Shown: in pieces, positions 22,797 through 35,650 of the stretch
How the letters are laid out: every line of letters starts with the position of its first letter
How positions within the stretch are numbered: position 1 is the first letter of the stretch
Source of the DNA: Escherichia coli
GTDB taxonomy: Bacteria; Pseudomonadota; Gammaproteobacteria; Enterobacterales; Enterobacteriaceae
Length of the DNA: 64,000 nt
Direction: 5' to 3' (one strand)
Assembly (NCBI RefSeq): GCF_003334315.1
Contig: NZ_QOWR01000013.1
Translations under genes and position numbers: made by a program
Notes under the pieces: model-generated
Told to the model about the DNA's origin: nothing
Databases searched by the model: none
What the model saw: the letters and a program-made list of their open reading frames with translations, nothing else

Positions 22797-23008
22797 TTAG
22801 GTTGAAAAGACGATGGAATAACCAGGACGGGAAAGCAGTATACCCGAACATGACCTGTGCCACAAACTTTCATTATCCCTCCTCTTCGCCAGCGCACTAT
22901 TGAAATCAGGAGTGAGAAAATAGCCCCTTTGGGGTAAATGTTTTTGACGCAAATCAAGCGCTTGTCATTTAAAAAATGACACAAATGGCGCTTGACCGCG
23001 TAATTCCC

Positions 23009-23800
23009 TTAGAGATCAATTTCCTGCCGTTTTACCTGTTGCCAGACTTCTTCCATTGTTTCGAGGTCAACACCTGTCATTTCCAGTCCACGCGCGGCAA
23101 CAATACGCTCCACTTCGCGAAAACGACGCTCGAATTTTTCGTTCGCTTTTTGCAATGCGATTTCTGCTTTCGTCCCTAAATGGCGAGCCAGATTAACCGT
23201 GGCAAACAGCAGGTCCCCCATTTCCTCCTCCAGTTTAGCCTGGTCGACAACAGCCTGCCGCGCTTCGTACATCACCTCGTCGATCTCTTCGTAGACTTTA
23301 TCGACTACCGGACCAAGCGTCGTCCAATCGAAGCCAACGTTGGCGCAACGTTTCTGGATTTTTTGCGCACGCATTAAAGCCGGTAAACTACGAGGAATAT
23401 CGTCCAGCGCCGAATGCTGCGCTTTCTGCGCGCGCTCTTCGGTTTTGATTTGCTCCCAACGGGCAAGCACTTCACTACTGTTTTCGGCAGAACTGTCAGC
23501 AAAAACATGCGGATGGCGACGCTCTAATTTATCGCTAATCGCAGCGCAAATATCATTAAAGTCAAAGCGCCCTTCTTCCTGAGCCATTTGCGCGTAAAAC
23601 ACCACCTGGAACAGCAGATCGCCGAGTTCACCGCGCAGATCGTCAAAATCTTCACGGGCGATGGCGTCCAGCACTTCGTAGGTTTCTTCAAGGGTGTAAG
23701 GCGCAATGGTGGCAAATGTCTGCTCTTTATCCCACGGGCAGCCGTTTTCCGGATCGCGCAGGCGCTGCATAATAGTGAGCAAACGGTCGATTTGATTCAT
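23009..23800 (-). CDS. mazG: nucleoside triphosphate pyrophosphohydrolase
   Basis: 263-aa ORF recognised as MazG. Confidence 0.95.
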   Translation of the reverse strand: MNQIDRLLTIMQRLRDPENGCPWDKEQTFATIAPYTLEETYEVLDAIAREDFDDLRGELGDLLFQVVFYAQMAQEEGRFDFNDICAAISDKLERRHPHVFADSSAENSSEVLARWEQIKTEERAQKAQHSALDDIPRSLPALMRAQKIQKRCANVGFDWTTLGPVVDKVYEEIDEVMYEARQAVVDQAKLEEEMGDLLFATVNLARHLGTKAEIALQKANEKFERRFREVERIVAARGLEMTGVDLETMEEVWQQVKRQEIDL

Positions 23801-23870
23801 TGAATTGTCCTGAAAATTGCGGGTCTGTCAGGTGGAAACCTGTGACCAGAATAGAAGTGAGTTAGTAACA

Positions 23871-24206
23871 CTACCCAATCAGTACGTTAATTTTGGCTTT
23901 AATGAGTTGTAATTCCTCTGGGGCAACTGTTCCTTTCTTCGTTGCTCCTCTTGCCCGCCAGGCGATACTTTTTACCTGATCAGCTAACGCTACGCCATCA
24001 CGTTCCTGACCGGATAAAACAACTTCGAACGGATATCCTTTTGATTGCGTTGTACAAGGAACACACAGACACATACCTGTTTTGTTGTTGTACATGAAAG
24101 GACTCAGGACAACAGCTGGACGATGTCCAGCTTGCTCGCTACCTTTTGTCGGGTCAAAATCAACCCAAATCAGATCGCCCATATCGGGTACGTATCGGCT
24201 TACCAT
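23871..24206 (-). CDS. mazF: MazF endoribonuclease toxin
   Basis: 111-aa ORF recognised as MazF; start overlaps the mazE stop. Confidence 0.96.
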   Translation of the reverse strand: MVSRYVPDMGDLIWVDFDPTKGSEQAGHRPAVVLSPFMYNNKTGMCLCVPCTTQSKGYPFEVVLSGQERDGVALADQVKSIAWRARGATKKGTVAPEELQLIKAKINVLIG

Positions 24207-24454
24207 TACCAGACTTCCTTATCTTTCGGCTCTCCCCAGTCGATATTCTCGTGGAGGTTTTCCGGCGTGATGTCGTTGACCAGTTCAGCAAGCGTAAATA
24301 CGGGCTCTTTACGCACTGGCTCAATAATTAATTTGCCATCCACCAGGTCAATCTTCACTTCATCATCAATATTCAGATTGAGCGCCTGCATTAACGTAGT
24401 CGGGATCCGCACCGCCGGTGAATTTCCCCAACGCTTTACGCTACTGTGGATCAT
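24206..24454 (-). CDS. mazE: MazE antitoxin
   Basis: 82-aa ORF recognised as MazE. Confidence 0.96.
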   Translation of the reverse strand: MIHSSVKRWGNSPAVRIPTTLMQALNLNIDDEVKIDLVDGKLIIEPVRKEPVFTLAELVNDITPENLHENIDWGEPKDKEVW

Positions 24455-24477
24455 AACCCTTTCCTCAAACCGCTATC

Positions 24478-24520
24478 ATATGTAGATACAGTATATATCA
24501 ATCTACATTGTAGATACGAG
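24478..24520 (-). promoter_or_regulatory. mazEF promoter palindrome (autoregulatory operator)
   Basis: TGTAGATACAGTATATATCAATCTACATTGTAGATAC immediately upstream of mazE; inverted TGTAGAT / ATCTACA arms. Confidence 0.6.
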
Positions 24521-24531
24521 CAAATTTCGGC

Positions 24532-26766
24532 CTAACTCCCGTGCAACCGACGCGCGTCGATAACATCCGGCACCTGGTTGAGTTTACCCAGCACGCGCCC
24601 CAGCACTTGCAGGTTGTAAATCTCAATGGTCATGTCGATGGTCGCCAGTTGCTGTTTGGTGTCGCTACGGCTGGCAACGCCAAGCACGTTCACCTTCTCG
24701 TTGGCGAGAATGGTCGTGATATCACGTAACAACCCACTACGATCATTAGCTACCACGCGGACCACCAGCGAATATCCGGCGGAGTAGCTCTCACCCCATA
24801 CCGCGTCAACAATGCGTTCTGGCGCATGGGAGCGCAGTTCCGCCAGTTGTTCGCAATCGGCGCGGTGTACTGAAATACCGCGCCCCTGGGTAATGAAGCC
24901 GACAATCTCATCTCCAGGAATCGGCTGGCAGCAGCGCGCGATGTGGTGCATCAGGTTGCCAACACCTTCGACTACCACGCGACCGTTATCTTTACTGCGG
25001 TTTTGCGGCGTGTAGCTTTTTTGCTGAAGTTGCTTCAGCGCGGCGGCGTCCTGCTCTTCGGCACTCGGCTTATTAAATTGCGATTGCAGGAAGTTCACCA
25101 TCTGATTGAGACGGATATCCCCGCCACCAATCGCCGCCAGCAACTCGTCGACATCATTGAAGTTGTAACGCGGCAGCAGATGTTTTTCTGCTTCTTTCAG
25201 GCTGATCCCCAGATGTTCCAGCTCGTCGTCAAGGATTTGCCGCCCAGCCAGAATGTTTTTGTCACGGTCCTGTTTACGGAACCAGGCGTGAATTTTCGAA
25301 CGCCCACGGCTGGTTGTGACGTAACCGAGGTTTGGGTTTAACCAGTCACGGCTGGGGTTCGGCTGTTTCTGGGTGATAATTTCAATCTGGTCGCCCATCT
25401 GCAGCTGGTAGGTGAACGGCACAATGCGCCCGCCAATTTTTGCCCCAATGCAGCGGTGTCCGACATCACTGTGGATGTGGTAAGCGAAGTCCAGCGGCGT
25501 TGATCCCGCAGGCAAATCAACGACATCACCTTTCGGCGTAAAGACGTACACTCGGTCGTCAAAGACCTGGCTGCGTACTTCGTCGAGCATTTCGCCGGAA
25601 TCAGCCATCTCTTCCTGCCATGCAATCAGTTTACGCAGCCAGGCAATCCGGTCTTCATGTCCCGAACGTGCGCCGCCAGCAGCCGCGCCCTCTTTATATT
25701 TCCAGTGCGCAGCAACACCCAACTCTGCATCTTCATGCATCTGTTTGGTGCGGATTTGGATCTCAACGGTTTTGCCACCTGGCCCCAGAACCACGGTATG
25801 AATAGACTGATAACCGTTTGGTTTCGGGTTAGCGACGTAATCGTCAAACTCATCCGGCAGGTGGCGATAGTGAGTGTGCACTATCCCCAGTGCGGCATAA
25901 CAATCCTGTAAACGCTCGGCGACAATACGTACCGCACGCACATCAAACAGCTCATCAAAGGCGAGGTTCTTTTTCTGCATTTTACGCCAGATGCTGTAGA
26001 TGTGTTTCGGACGACCATACACTTCCGCTTTAACGCCTTCAGCTTTCATCTCAGCGCGCAGATGACCAACGAACTCTTCGATGTAGTGTTCGCGGTCGAG
26101 ACGCCGTTCATGCAGCAGTTTGGCAATTCGTTTGTATTCGGTTGGATGGAGGTAACGGAAGCAGTAATCTTCCAGTTCCCATTTCAGTTGTCCGATTCCG
26201 AGACGGTTAGCCAGCGGTGCGTAGATGTTGGTACACTCTTTTGCCGCCAGTACACGTTCATCTTCCGGCGCATCTTTTACTTCGCGCAGATGAGCAATAC
26301 GCTCCGCCAGTTTGATGACTACGCAGCGAAAATCATCGACCATCGCCAATAACATCCGGCGAACGTTATCGACCTGTTCGGAGGAAACAGAATCAGTGTG
26401 CGTCGCTTTCAGCTGGCGGATCGCCGCCATATCACGCACGCCGTGAATAAGGTTAACGACCGACTTACCGACGCTCTCACGCAGCACATCTTCGCTGACT
26501 ACGTTGGCATCCGCCAGAGGGAAAAGCAGCGCCGCCCGCAGCGTGTCAATGTCCATACTTAATGTCGAGAGGATCTCCACCATCTCAACACCACGCCACA
26601 ATAACAGACTGGCATCCGGATGCCCCTGCGTCTGTTGCAGACAATACGCCCAGGTTTCGGCTAAGCACTCACACGACTTCTGGCTGGTAATACCCAGACT
26701 TGCGATCCATTTTTCCGGATCAAATTCACCAGCCTTATTGATATGTGCACTTCTTACCGCAACCAT
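24532..26766 (-). CDS. relA: (p)ppGpp synthetase I
   Basis: 744-aa ORF recognised as RelA. Confidence 0.98.
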   Translation of the reverse strand: MVAVRSAHINKAGEFDPEKWIASLGITSQKSCECLAETWAYCLQQTQGHPDASLLLWRGVEMVEILSTLSMDIDTLRAALLFPLADANVVSEDVLRESVGKSVVNLIHGVRDMAAIRQLKATHTDSVSSEQVDNVRRMLLAMVDDFRCVVIKLAERIAHLREVKDAPEDERVLAAKECTNIYAPLANRLGIGQLKWELEDYCFRYLHPTEYKRIAKLLHERRLDREHYIEEFVGHLRAEMKAEGVKAEVYGRPKHIYSIWRKMQKKNLAFDELFDVRAVRIVAERLQDCYAALGIVHTHYRHLPDEFDDYVANPKPNGYQSIHTVVLGPGGKTVEIQIRTKQMHEDAELGVAAHWKYKEGAAAGGARSGHEDRIAWLRKLIAWQEEMADSGEMLDEVRSQVFDDRVYVFTPKGDVVDLPAGSTPLDFAYHIHSDVGHRCIGAKIGGRIVPFTYQLQMGDQIEIITQKQPNPSRDWLNPNLGYVTTSRGRSKIHAWFRKQDRDKNILAGRQILDDELEHLGISLKEAEKHLLPRYNFNDVDELLAAIGGGDIRLNQMVNFLQSQFNKPSAEEQDAAALKQLQQKSYTPQNRSKDNGRVVVEGVGNLMHHIARCCQPIPGDEIVGFITQGRGISVHRADCEQLAELRSHAPERIVDAVWGESYSAGYSLVVRVVANDRSGLLRDITTILANEKVNVLGVASRSDTKQQLATIDMTIEIYNLQVLGRVLGKLNQVPDVIDARRLHGS

Positions 26767-26813
26767 CGTCCTCTCCTTTAGGGACCAGACCTGCCGAAAT
26801 CGGCAAATCGCAA

Positions 26814-28115
26814 CTATTTAACGCGCGAGAAAAGTACCATCGATTCCAGATGTCCCGTGTGTGGGAACATATCCAGCATCGCCAGTCGCGCAATGGTATA
26901 TCCTGCTTTTAATAACGCTTCGCTATCCCGAGCCAGCGTTGCAGGGTTACAGGATACATAAACTATACGAATAGGTTCCAGTTTTATAATTTGCTGCATA
27001 ACACCTGCGGCACCTGCTCGCGCCGGGTCCAGCAACACTTTATCGAAGCCGTTTTTCGCCCACGGCTGCTTTGTGACATCTTCTTCAAGATTTTCATGAT
27101 AAAACGTCACATTCTGTAAGCCATTAAGACGCGCATTCTGCTGGCCTTTTTCCACCAGCGCCGGAACACCTTCTACACCCACCACACTGGCAGCTTGTGT
27201 CGCCAATGGCAGTGTAAAGTTGCCCATACCGCAGAACAGATCCAGTACGCGATCTTCAGGTTGCACATCCAGCCATTCCAACGCACGCGCTACCATTTTT
27301 TGGTTCACACCCGCATTGACCTGAATAAAATCGCGCGGGCTAAAAGTTAAGCGCAACCCGTTTAAGTCATACCAGGGCATCTCACCAGAGACGGTTTCGA
27401 GTATCTCACTATCGGGGGCGAGATACAGATCCAGGCCTTCAGAATGCGAAAAGCGTTCCAGTTTTTCGCGATCTGCCGAACTTAGCGGTGCGGTATGGCG
27501 CAAAATCATCAGCGTGCCGCTGGTTGCCTGTACCAGTTCAACATGACCAAGATGGCGCATAGCTTGTAAGCTGCCCAGACATGCCCTGACTTTGGGCAGC
27601 AATGCTTCAAGTTGGGGCGCTAAAATGGGGCATTGTTTGACGTCGACAATGTCACTGGAGCCCGCTTTGCGAAACCCCATCTGAAGTTGCTGTGTTTTCG
27701 GTAAGTAGTTCAGACTTAAACGCGCGCGACGGCGATAGCCCCAGGGAACATCGGCGATCACTTCAGAGACATCGTGTTTCATTAATCGGGCGAGTGCCGC
27801 ACTTTTGCTTCGCTGCTGTAAATCCACGCTGGCGTGTTGTTGCTGACAGCCACCGCATACGCCAAAATGAGGACAGCGTGGCGTTTCGCGTTCCGGGCTA
27901 TCGCTTAACCGGCGTACGACTTTAGCGCGGGCATACTGTTTTTTATCTTCAGTAACAGTAACTTCCGCGTTTTCCTGCGGCAATAATCCGGGGATAAATA
28001 GCGTTTTGCCGTTATGTCGCGCCACGCCCTGACCAAAAGAGTCGAGGTCGTTGACTGAAACGGTTATGATCTGACGCGTCGTCGTGCGTCGTTTTGCAGA
28101 GTAGAATTGCGCCAT
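26814..28115 (-). CDS. rlmD: 23S rRNA (uracil1939-C5)-methyltransferase
   Basis: 433-aa ORF recognised as RlmD (RumA); Fe-S cysteines and SAM methyltransferase fold. Confidence 0.95.
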   Translation of the reverse strand: MAQFYSAKRRTTTRQIITVSVNDLDSFGQGVARHNGKTLFIPGLLPQENAEVTVTEDKKQYARAKVVRRLSDSPERETPRCPHFGVCGGCQQQHASVDLQQRSKSAALARLMKHDVSEVIADVPWGYRRRARLSLNYLPKTQQLQMGFRKAGSSDIVDVKQCPILAPQLEALLPKVRACLGSLQAMRHLGHVELVQATSGTLMILRHTAPLSSADREKLERFSHSEGLDLYLAPDSEILETVSGEMPWYDLNGLRLTFSPRDFIQVNAGVNQKMVARALEWLDVQPEDRVLDLFCGMGNFTLPLATQAASVVGVEGVPALVEKGQQNARLNGLQNVTFYHENLEEDVTKQPWAKNGFDKVLLDPARAGAAGVMQQIIKLEPIRIVYVSCNPATLARDSEALLKAGYTIARLAMLDMFPHTGHLESMVLFSRVK

Positions 28116-28171
28116 TGGCGAGACTTTCTCAATTTAACAGTGTGACCTTAATTGTCCCATAACGGAACTCC

Positions 28172-30928
28172 ATGACCAACTACAGCCTGCGCGCACGCAT
28201 GATGATTCTGATCCTGGCACCGACCGTCCTTATTGGTTTATTGCTGAGTATCTTTTTCGTCGTGCATCGCTATAACGACTTGCAGCGTCAACTGGAAGAT
28301 GCCGGTGCCAGCATTATTGAGCCGCTTGCAGTTTCTACTGAATATGGCATGAGCCTGCAAAATCGCGAATCTATCGGTCAGTTAATAAGCGTACTGCATC
28401 GTCGCCATTCCGATATTGTTCGCGCGATTTCGGTTTATGATGAAAATAACCGACTCTTTGTCACCTCCAATTTTCATCTTGATCCCTCATCAATGCAGCT
28501 CGGCAGCAACGTGCCGTTTCCTCGCCAGCTCACTGTCACTCGTGACGGCGATATTATGATCCTCCGCACGCCGATTATTTCTGAGAGTTACTCCCCCGAC
28601 GAATCGCCCAGTAGCGATGCCAAAAATAGTCAAAATATGTTGGGATATATTGCGCTGGAGCTGGATCTTAAATCGGTTCGCTTGCAGCAATATAAAGAGA
28701 TCTTTATTTCCAGCGTGATGATGCTGTTTTGTATCGGTATTGCGCTTATTTTTGGCTGGCGCTTAATGCGCGATGTAACCGGTCCGATTCGCAACATGGT
28801 GAATACCGTCGACCGCATCCGTCGCGGGCAACTCGACAGCCGGGTGGAAGGATTTATGCTCGGCGAGCTGGATATGCTGAAAAACGGTATCAACTCGATG
28901 GCAATGTCGCTGGCTGCTTATCACGAAGAGATGCAGCACAATATCGACCAGGCGACGTCCGATCTGCGTGAAACGCTGGAGCAGATGGAAATTCAGAACG
29001 TTGAGTTAGATCTGGCGAAAAAGCGCGCCCAGGAAGCGGCGCGTATTAAATCCGAGTTTCTGGCAAATATGTCACACGAGCTGCGTACACCACTGAATGG
29101 TGTTATTGGCTTTACCCGCCTGACGCTGAAAACAGAATTAACACCAACGCAGCGCGATCACCTGAATACGATTGAACGTTCGGCAAATAATTTGCTGGCA
29201 ATTATTAATGATGTTCTCGACTTCTCGAAACTGGAAGCAGGTAAGCTGATTCTGGAAAGTATTCCATTCCCACTACGCAGCACGCTGGATGAAGTCGTTA
29301 CTCTGCTGGCACATTCTTCTCACGATAAAGGGTTAGAACTGACGCTCAATATTAAAAGCGACGTGCCTGATAACGTGATCGGCGACCCGCTGCGATTACA
29401 GCAAATCATCACTAACCTGGTGGGGAATGCAATTAAATTCACCGAGAATGGCAACATTGATATTCTGGTAGAAAAACGTGCGCTGAGTAATACCAAAGTG
29501 CAGATTGAAGTGCAGATTCGGGATACCGGCATTGGTATTCCTGAACGCGATCAATCGCGCTTATTCCAGGCCTTCCGACAGGCTGATGCCAGTATTTCCC
29601 GCCGTCATGGTGGCACCGGGCTGGGGCTGGTGATTACACAAAAACTGGTTAATGAAATGGGCGGCGATATTTCGTTCCATAGCCAGCCGAATCGCGGTTC
29701 AACTTTCTGGTTCCACATTAATCTCGATCTGAACCCGAACATTATTATCGAAGGGCCATCCACCCAGTGCCTCGCAGGTAAGCGCCTGGCCTATGTCGAA
29801 CCAAACTCCGCAGCAGCGCAATGCACGCTGGATATTTTAAGTGAAACGCCGCTGGAAGTGGTTTATAGCCCAACGTTCTCCGCGCTGCCTCCCGCGCATT
29901 ACGACATGATGTTGTTAGGCATCGCGGTGACCTTCCGCGAGCCGCTAACAATGCAACATGAGCGATTAGCGAAAGCGGTATCGATGACCGATTTCCTGAT
30001 GCTGGCACTTCCTTGCCATGCACAAGTCAATGCTGAAAAACTCAAGCAAGATGGTATCGGCGCGTGTCTGCTGAAACCATTAACACCTACACGCCTGTTG
30101 CCTGCCCTGACGGAATTTTGTCATCACAAACAAAACACGCTTTTGCCTGTAACCGATGAAAGTAAGCTGGCAATGACAGTCATGGCGGTTGATGACAACC
30201 CCGCTAACCTGAAACTTATCGGCGCATTGCTGGAAGATATGGTGCAACATGTGGAACTTTGCGATAGCGGGCATCAGGCGGTTGAACGGGCGAAACAGAT
30301 GCCGTTCGATTTGATCTTAATGGATATTCAAATGCCGGACATGGATGGCATTCGGGCCTGCGAACTCATCCACCAACTCCCGCATCAGCAACAAACGCCG
30401 GTTATCGCGGTAACGGCGCATGCAATGGCCGGGCAAAAAGAGAAGCTGCTTGGCGCAGGGATGAGCGATTATCTGGCGAAACCGATTGAAGAAGAGCGAT
30501 TGCATAATTTGTTGTTGCGCTACAAGCCTGGCAGCGGTATTTCCTCTCGCGTCGTGACGCCCGAAGTCAACGAAATTGTGGTGAACCCGAATGCGACCCT
30601 CGACTGGCAACTGGCACTACGCCAGGCAGCAGGAAAAACCGATTTAGCGCGCGATATGCTGCAAATGTTACTCGATTTCCTGCCTGAAGTTCGCAACAAA
30701 GTTGAGGAACAGCTGGTTGGAGAAAACCCGGAAGGCCTGGTTGATTTGATTCATAAACTGCATGGCAGTTGCGGCTATAGCGGTGTGCCACGTATGAAGA
30801 ATCTCTGCCAACTGATCGAACAACAGCTACGTAGCGGTACTAAAGAAGAAGATTTGGAACCGGAGCTGCTGGAACTGTTGGACGAGATGGATAATGTCGC
30901 GCGCGAAGCCAGCAAAATTCTCGGGTAA
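28172..30928 (+). CDS. barA: hybrid sensor histidine kinase BarA
   Basis: 918-aa ORF recognised as BarA (two N-terminal TM segments, HisKA/HATPase, receiver and HPt domains). Confidence 0.97.
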
Positions 30929-30990
30929 TGGATGTCTTGTCGAGTAGCAATCGGCTTTTTATGACGCTGGTTTCAGATTGGTGACAAAGT

Positions 30991-31103
30991 GCCTGTGTTT
31001 ATGCCGGATGCGGCGTTAACGCCTTATCCGGCATACAAAACCAATTAAATTCAATAAATTAAAAAGCATGTAGGCCTGATAAGCGTAGCGCATCAGGCAA
31101 TTT
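30991..31103. repeat. pair of REP elements (BIME) between barA and gudD
   Basis: GCCGGATGCGGCGTTAACGCCTTATCCGGC and GTAGGCCTGATAAGCGTAGCGCATCAGGC units, followed at about 31124-31156 by a CCGGCTC...GAGCCGG hairpin. Confidence 0.65.
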
Positions 31104-31160
31104 TGTGTTTGGCATCAGTCTCAAACCGGCTCCTGACAGAGCCGGTTTTGGTTTTCTGTC

Positions 31161-32501
31161 TTAACGCACCATGCACGGGCGCTTGTTATCGAACGTCCAG
31201 CCAGGAATCAGATACTGCATTCCCATCGCATCGTCACGCGCGCCAAGCCCGTGTTTCTGATACAGCTCATGGGCTTTCATCACTTGATCCATATCGATTT
31301 CTACACCCAGCCCCGGTTTTTCTGGCACCTGTACCAGCCCGCCTTTGATCTCAAACGGTTCTTTGGTCAGGCGCTGATTACCTTCCTGCCAGATCCAGTG
31401 CGTATCAATAGCAGTAATTTTACCCGGTGCAGCGGCGGCAACATGGGTAAACATCGCCAGGGAAATATCGAAGTGGTTGTTAGAGTGTGAACCCCAGGTC
31501 AGGCCAAATTCATGGCACATTTGCGCCACACGTACCGAACCTTGCATTGTCCAGAAATGCGGATCCGCCAGCGGGATATCAACGGATTGCAGGGAGAGCG
31601 TATGGCCCATTTGCCGCCAGTCGGTGGCGATCATATTGGTTGCAGTCGGTAGACCTGTCGCGCGACGGAACTCTGCCATCACTTCACGCCCGGAGAAACC
31701 TTGCTCCGCACCACACGGATCTTCTGCATAAGCCAGCGAACCTTTCAGGTATTTACCGATTTTAATCGCTTCGTTCAGCGACCAGGCACCGTTAGGATCG
31801 AGCGTAATACGCGCCTGCGGGAAGCGTTGCGCCAGTGCCACAATAGACTCGGCCTCTTCTTCCCCGGCCAGTACACCGCCCTTCAGTTTGAAATCGTTGA
31901 AGCCATATTTTTCATATGCCGCTTCCGCCAGGCGCACCACCGCATCCGGCGTCATCGCTTCTTCATGACGCAGGCGATACCAGTCGCATGAGTCATCCGG
32001 CTGGCTTTGATACGGCAGCGGCGTGGCTTTGCGATTACCGACGAAGAACAGATAACCGAGCATTTCGACTTCGCTACGCTGTTGACCATCGCCCAGCAGC
32101 GATGCCACGTTTACCCCCAGATGCTGCCCCAGCAGATCCAGCATTGCCGCTTCTATCCCGGTAACTACATGAATAGTGGTACGTAGGTCAAATGTCTGCA
32201 AACCGCGCCCACCAGCATCACGATCGGCAAAAGTATTACGCACCAGCGTCAGAACGTTTTTGTATTCACCCAGCGTTTTACCTACCACCAGCGGAATCGC
32301 ATCTTCCAGCGTTTTACGGATTTTCTCGCCGCCGGGAATTTCCCCTACGCCAGTGTGACCAGAATTATCTTTGATAATCACAATATTACGCGTAAAGAAC
32401 GGTGCGTGTGCACCACTCAGATTCATCAGCATACTGTCATGACCCGCCACCGGGATAACCTGCATTTCAGTAACAACAGGCGTCGTAAATTGAGAACTCA
32501 T
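31161..32501 (-). CDS. gudD: glucarate dehydratase
   Basis: Track ORF 31161..32525; start placed at [24 protein letters not shown] (446 aa); enolase superfamily. Confidence 0.93.
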   Translation of the reverse strand: MSSQFTTPVVTEMQVIPVAGHDSMLMNLSGAHAPFFTRNIVIIKDNSGHTGVGEIPGGEKIRKTLEDAIPLVVGKTLGEYKNVLTLVRNTFADRDAGGRGLQTFDLRTTIHVVTGIEAAMLDLLGQHLGVNVASLLGDGQQRSEVEMLGYLFFVGNRKATPLPYQSQPDDSCDWYRLRHEEAMTPDAVVRLAEAAYEKYGFNDFKLKGGVLAGEEEAESIVALAQRFPQARITLDPNGAWSLNEAIKIGKYLKGSLAYAEDPCGAEQGFSGREVMAEFRRATGLPTATNMIATDWRQMGHTLSLQSVDIPLADPHFWTMQGSVRVAQMCHEFGLTWGSHSNNHFDISLAMFTHVAAAAPGKITAIDTHWIWQEGNQRLTKEPFEIKGGLVQVPEKPGLGVEIDMDQVMKAHELYQKHGLGARDDAMGMQYLIPGWTFDNKRPCMVR

Positions 32502-32521
32502 ATTTATGTCCTTTTTCAGAA

Positions 32522-33862
32522 TCAATGACGGCCGAAAACGGGACGTTTACGGTCAAAGGTCCAGCCGGGGATCAGGTACTGCATCGGACCTGCGTCGTTA
32601 CGCGCACCGCCAGGCAGACGTTTATAGGCCTCATGTGCCTTTTGTACCTGTTCCCAGTCCAGTTCCACGCCCAGACCGGGCGCATCAGGAACGGCAATTT
32701 TTCCGTTTTTAATCTCCAGCGGATTTTGGGTCAGGCGACAATCGCCCTCCTGCCAAATCCAGTGGGTATCGATAGCGGTAGGATTACCCGGTGCCGCCGC
32801 GCCCACATGGGTAAACATCGCCAGAGAGATATCGAAATGGTTATTAGAATGGCAGCCCCAGGTCAGCCCCCAGTCGTCGCAAAGCTGCGCCACACGGACT
32901 GCACCGGAAAGCGTCCAGAAGTGCGGATCGGCAAGTGGAATATCTACCGCATTGAGCATCACCGCATGACCCATTTCGCGCCAGTTGGTGGCGATCATGT
33001 TAGTCGCGACGGGCAAGCCGGTCGCCCGTCGAAATTCCGCCATCACTTCACGTCCGGAGAAGCCCTGTTCTGCGCCGCATGGATCTTCGGCATAGGTAAG
33101 AACATCATTCAGCCCTTTGCATAAAGAAATGGCTTCATCAAGCAGCCATGCACCGTTGGGATCAACGGTAATCCGCGCATCCGGGAAGCGTTTCTTCAAT
33201 GCACGAACAGTGTCGATTTCTTGCTCGCCAGGTAACACGCCGCCCTTAAGTTTGAAATCTTTAAAGCCGTAGCGATCCTGTGAGGCTTCCGCCAGACGCA
33301 CAACGGCTTCGCTGTTCATTGCTTTCTGATGCCGCAACTGATACCACTCATGGTTGCCCGGCGTATTTTCCACATAAGGAAGATCGGTTTTGGTCCGATC
33401 ACCGATATAAAACAGATAACCGAGGACGGTAATAGCCTCGCGTTGCTTGCCTGGCCCTAACAGTTCGCAGACCGGAACATTCAGCGCCTTACCTAGCAGG
33501 TCAAGCAAAGCGGCTTCCAGCGCCGCCACGGCGTTAACGCGTAATTCAAAGGTCCAGGCACCTTTACCGAAGGTATCAAAATCGGCGGCCTGATTACCTT
33601 TATGCACCTGCTGGACCACTTTATTCAGTCGCGCAACTTCCTGGCCCAGAACCATCGGAATAGCATCGACAAGCGTCTGATAAATCACATCTCCGCCCGG
33701 CGCTTCACCAATGCCGGTATGCCCGGCGTTATCGGTGAGTACCACAATATTGCGGGTGAAATATGCGTTATGTGCCCCACCAATATTAAGCAACATGCTG
33801 TCATGCCCGGCCACCGGAATGACTTTCATATCAGTAATAACAGGACTGGATTGTGTCGCCAT
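32522..33862 (-). CDS. gudX: glucarate dehydratase-related protein
   Basis: Track ORF 32522..33877; start placed at [23 protein letters not shown]; close paralogue of gudD. Confidence 0.93.
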   Translation of the reverse strand: MATQSSPVITDMKVIPVAGHDSMLLNIGGAHNAYFTRNIVVLTDNAGHTGIGEAPGGDVIYQTLVDAIPMVLGQEVARLNKVVQQVHKGNQAADFDTFGKGAWTFELRVNAVAALEAALLDLLGKALNVPVCELLGPGKQREAITVLGYLFYIGDRTKTDLPYVENTPGNHEWYQLRHQKAMNSEAVVRLAEASQDRYGFKDFKLKGGVLPGEQEIDTVRALKKRFPDARITVDPNGAWLLDEAISLCKGLNDVLTYAEDPCGAEQGFSGREVMAEFRRATGLPVATNMIATNWREMGHAVMLNAVDIPLADPHFWTLSGAVRVAQLCDDWGLTWGCHSNNHFDISLAMFTHVGAAAPGNPTAIDTHWIWQEGDCRLTQNPLEIKNGKIAVPDAPGLGVELDWEQVQKAHEAYKRLPGGARNDAGPMQYLIPGWTFDRKRPVFGRH

Positions 33863-33863
33863 C

Positions 33864-35216
33864 TTATTGCCCCGCAACAGGTTTCAACTCGATACGCTTG
33901 ATATCGCCCACCAGCACCAGGTAGCTCAGTACCGCGATTAAGGCATGAACACCAACATAAATCAGCGCCCCATTAAACGAGCCAGTCGTGCCAACGATAT
34001 AACCAATTGCGATTGGCGTGACGATGCCAGAAATGTTACCGAACATGTTGAACAGGCCACCGGAAAGACCGCTGATCTCTTTTGGCGCGGTATCTGCCAT
34101 TACTGCCCAACCCAGCGCCCCGATGCCCTTACCGAAGAAGGCCAGCGCCATAAAGCCGATGATCATCCACTCAACGTTGACGTAGTTGCAGAACACCATC
34201 ACCATCGACAGCAACATGCCCATTACGATCGGTGTTTTACGCGCAATGTTCAGCGATCCCGTGCGGCGCATCAGCCAGTCGGAAATAATCCCACCCAGCA
34301 CACCGCCGATAAAACCGCAAACCGCCGGAACGGAAGCCACAAAGCCCGCTTTCAGAATCGACATCCCGCGTGCCTGCACCAGATAAACCGGGAACCAGGT
34401 AATAAAGAAGTAAGTCAGGGCGTTGATACAGTACTGACCGATATAAACGCCGATCATCATCCGTGCCCCTAGCAGCTGTTTGATCTGCCCCCACTTCACG
34501 CTGAACGGCACTTTAACTTTGGTGTTTTGCTGATCCATATTGATCAGCGCACCACCCGCGGCGATGTACTCCAGCTCTTTCTTATTTACCCCCGGATGTT
34601 GATTTGGCTCGTGGATGACTTTCAACCAGATAAAGCTGATGACAATCCCCAGACCGCCCATAAAGAAGAAGACGTGTGACCAGCCCACTTCATGCGTCAG
34701 CCAGCCCATAATCGGCGCGAAGATCACCGTTGCGAAGTATTGAGCGGAGTTAAAAATCGACACCGCCGTTCCCCTTTCCTGCGCCGGAAACCAGGCCGCA
34801 ACAATGCGACTGTTGCCGGGGAAAGATGGCGCTTCAGCAAGCCCGACCAGGAAGCGCAGCGTAAACAGGGCAACGATAATGCCGAATCCACTAAAGATAT
34901 CGACGAAGCCTTGCAGCAAGGTAAACATCGACCAGATAAAGATCGACCAGAAGTAGACGCGTTTTGAACCAAAACGGTCCAGCAACCAGCCACCAGGGAT
35001 CTGCCCGATAACATAAGCCCATGAGAAAGCAGAGAACACATAGCCCATTCCCACGGGATCAAGGCCGATATCTTTGGCCATTTCCGAACCGGCGATAGAG
35101 AGCGTAGCGCGGTCGCCGTAGTTGAAGGATGTGACGATAAACAACATCACCACTATCCAGTAACGAGCATTTGTGCGTTTTTCCACACTGCTCGCAGCCT
35201 GACTTAAAGAACTCAT
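33864..35216 (-). CDS. gudP: galactarate/glucarate/glycerate MFS transporter
   Basis: 450-aa ORF recognised as GudP. Confidence 0.93.
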   Translation of the reverse strand: MSSLSQAASSVEKRTNARYWIVVMLFIVTSFNYGDRATLSIAGSEMAKDIGLDPVGMGYVFSAFSWAYVIGQIPGGWLLDRFGSKRVYFWSIFIWSMFTLLQGFVDIFSGFGIIVALFTLRFLVGLAEAPSFPGNSRIVAAWFPAQERGTAVSIFNSAQYFATVIFAPIMGWLTHEVGWSHVFFFMGGLGIVISFIWLKVIHEPNQHPGVNKKELEYIAAGGALINMDQQNTKVKVPFSVKWGQIKQLLGARMMIGVYIGQYCINALTYFFITWFPVYLVQARGMSILKAGFVASVPAVCGFIGGVLGGIISDWLMRRTGSLNIARKTPIVMGMLLSMVMVFCNYVNVEWMIIGFMALAFFGKGIGALGWAVMADTAPKEISGLSGGLFNMFGNISGIVTPIAIGYIVGTTGSFNGALIYVGVHALIAVLSYLVLVGDIKRIELKPVAGQ

Positions 35217-35541
35217 TGTTGCACTCCTGAAAATTCGCGTTAGCCACGCTCACTCTGGACTGCGACATCGCCAGGAAATCAGAGGTGACGTAGGGTGTTT
35301 TTTGCCGTTTTTATAGGTCGTTCGCCGAATACGGCGCGTGTTTATATCTGGCAATAGCAGTATAAAAAGCGCGCCATAGCGGCTCACCGTGCAACAACAC
35401 AACATTAATGCGTTCAATGAGGCCCGATTTTGGCATTAGCCCTGGACGGTGGAATCCACTTCACGGAAATGAAAACAAGAACAAGAAAGGAAGGGTTAAA
35501 ACGAAGAAATAAAGAAGAGTATGAAATGGATCGCTTGACTC

Positions 35542-35598
35542 CAGGCAAACGCCAGTAAAAATCCGCGCTATGAAGCAGTTTTTACTGGCATTTGCCTG
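35542..35598. repeat. long inverted repeat between yqcA and gudP
   Basis: CAGGCAAACGCCAGTAAAAA ...17 nt... TTTTTACTGGCATTTGCCTG; roughly 20-bp arms with one mismatch; no adjacent U tract. Confidence 0.5.
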
Positions 35599-35650
35599 AA
35601 AAGATTCGATTCAGCACCGCTAAAACGACATTTACCGCTCGCTGAACATA

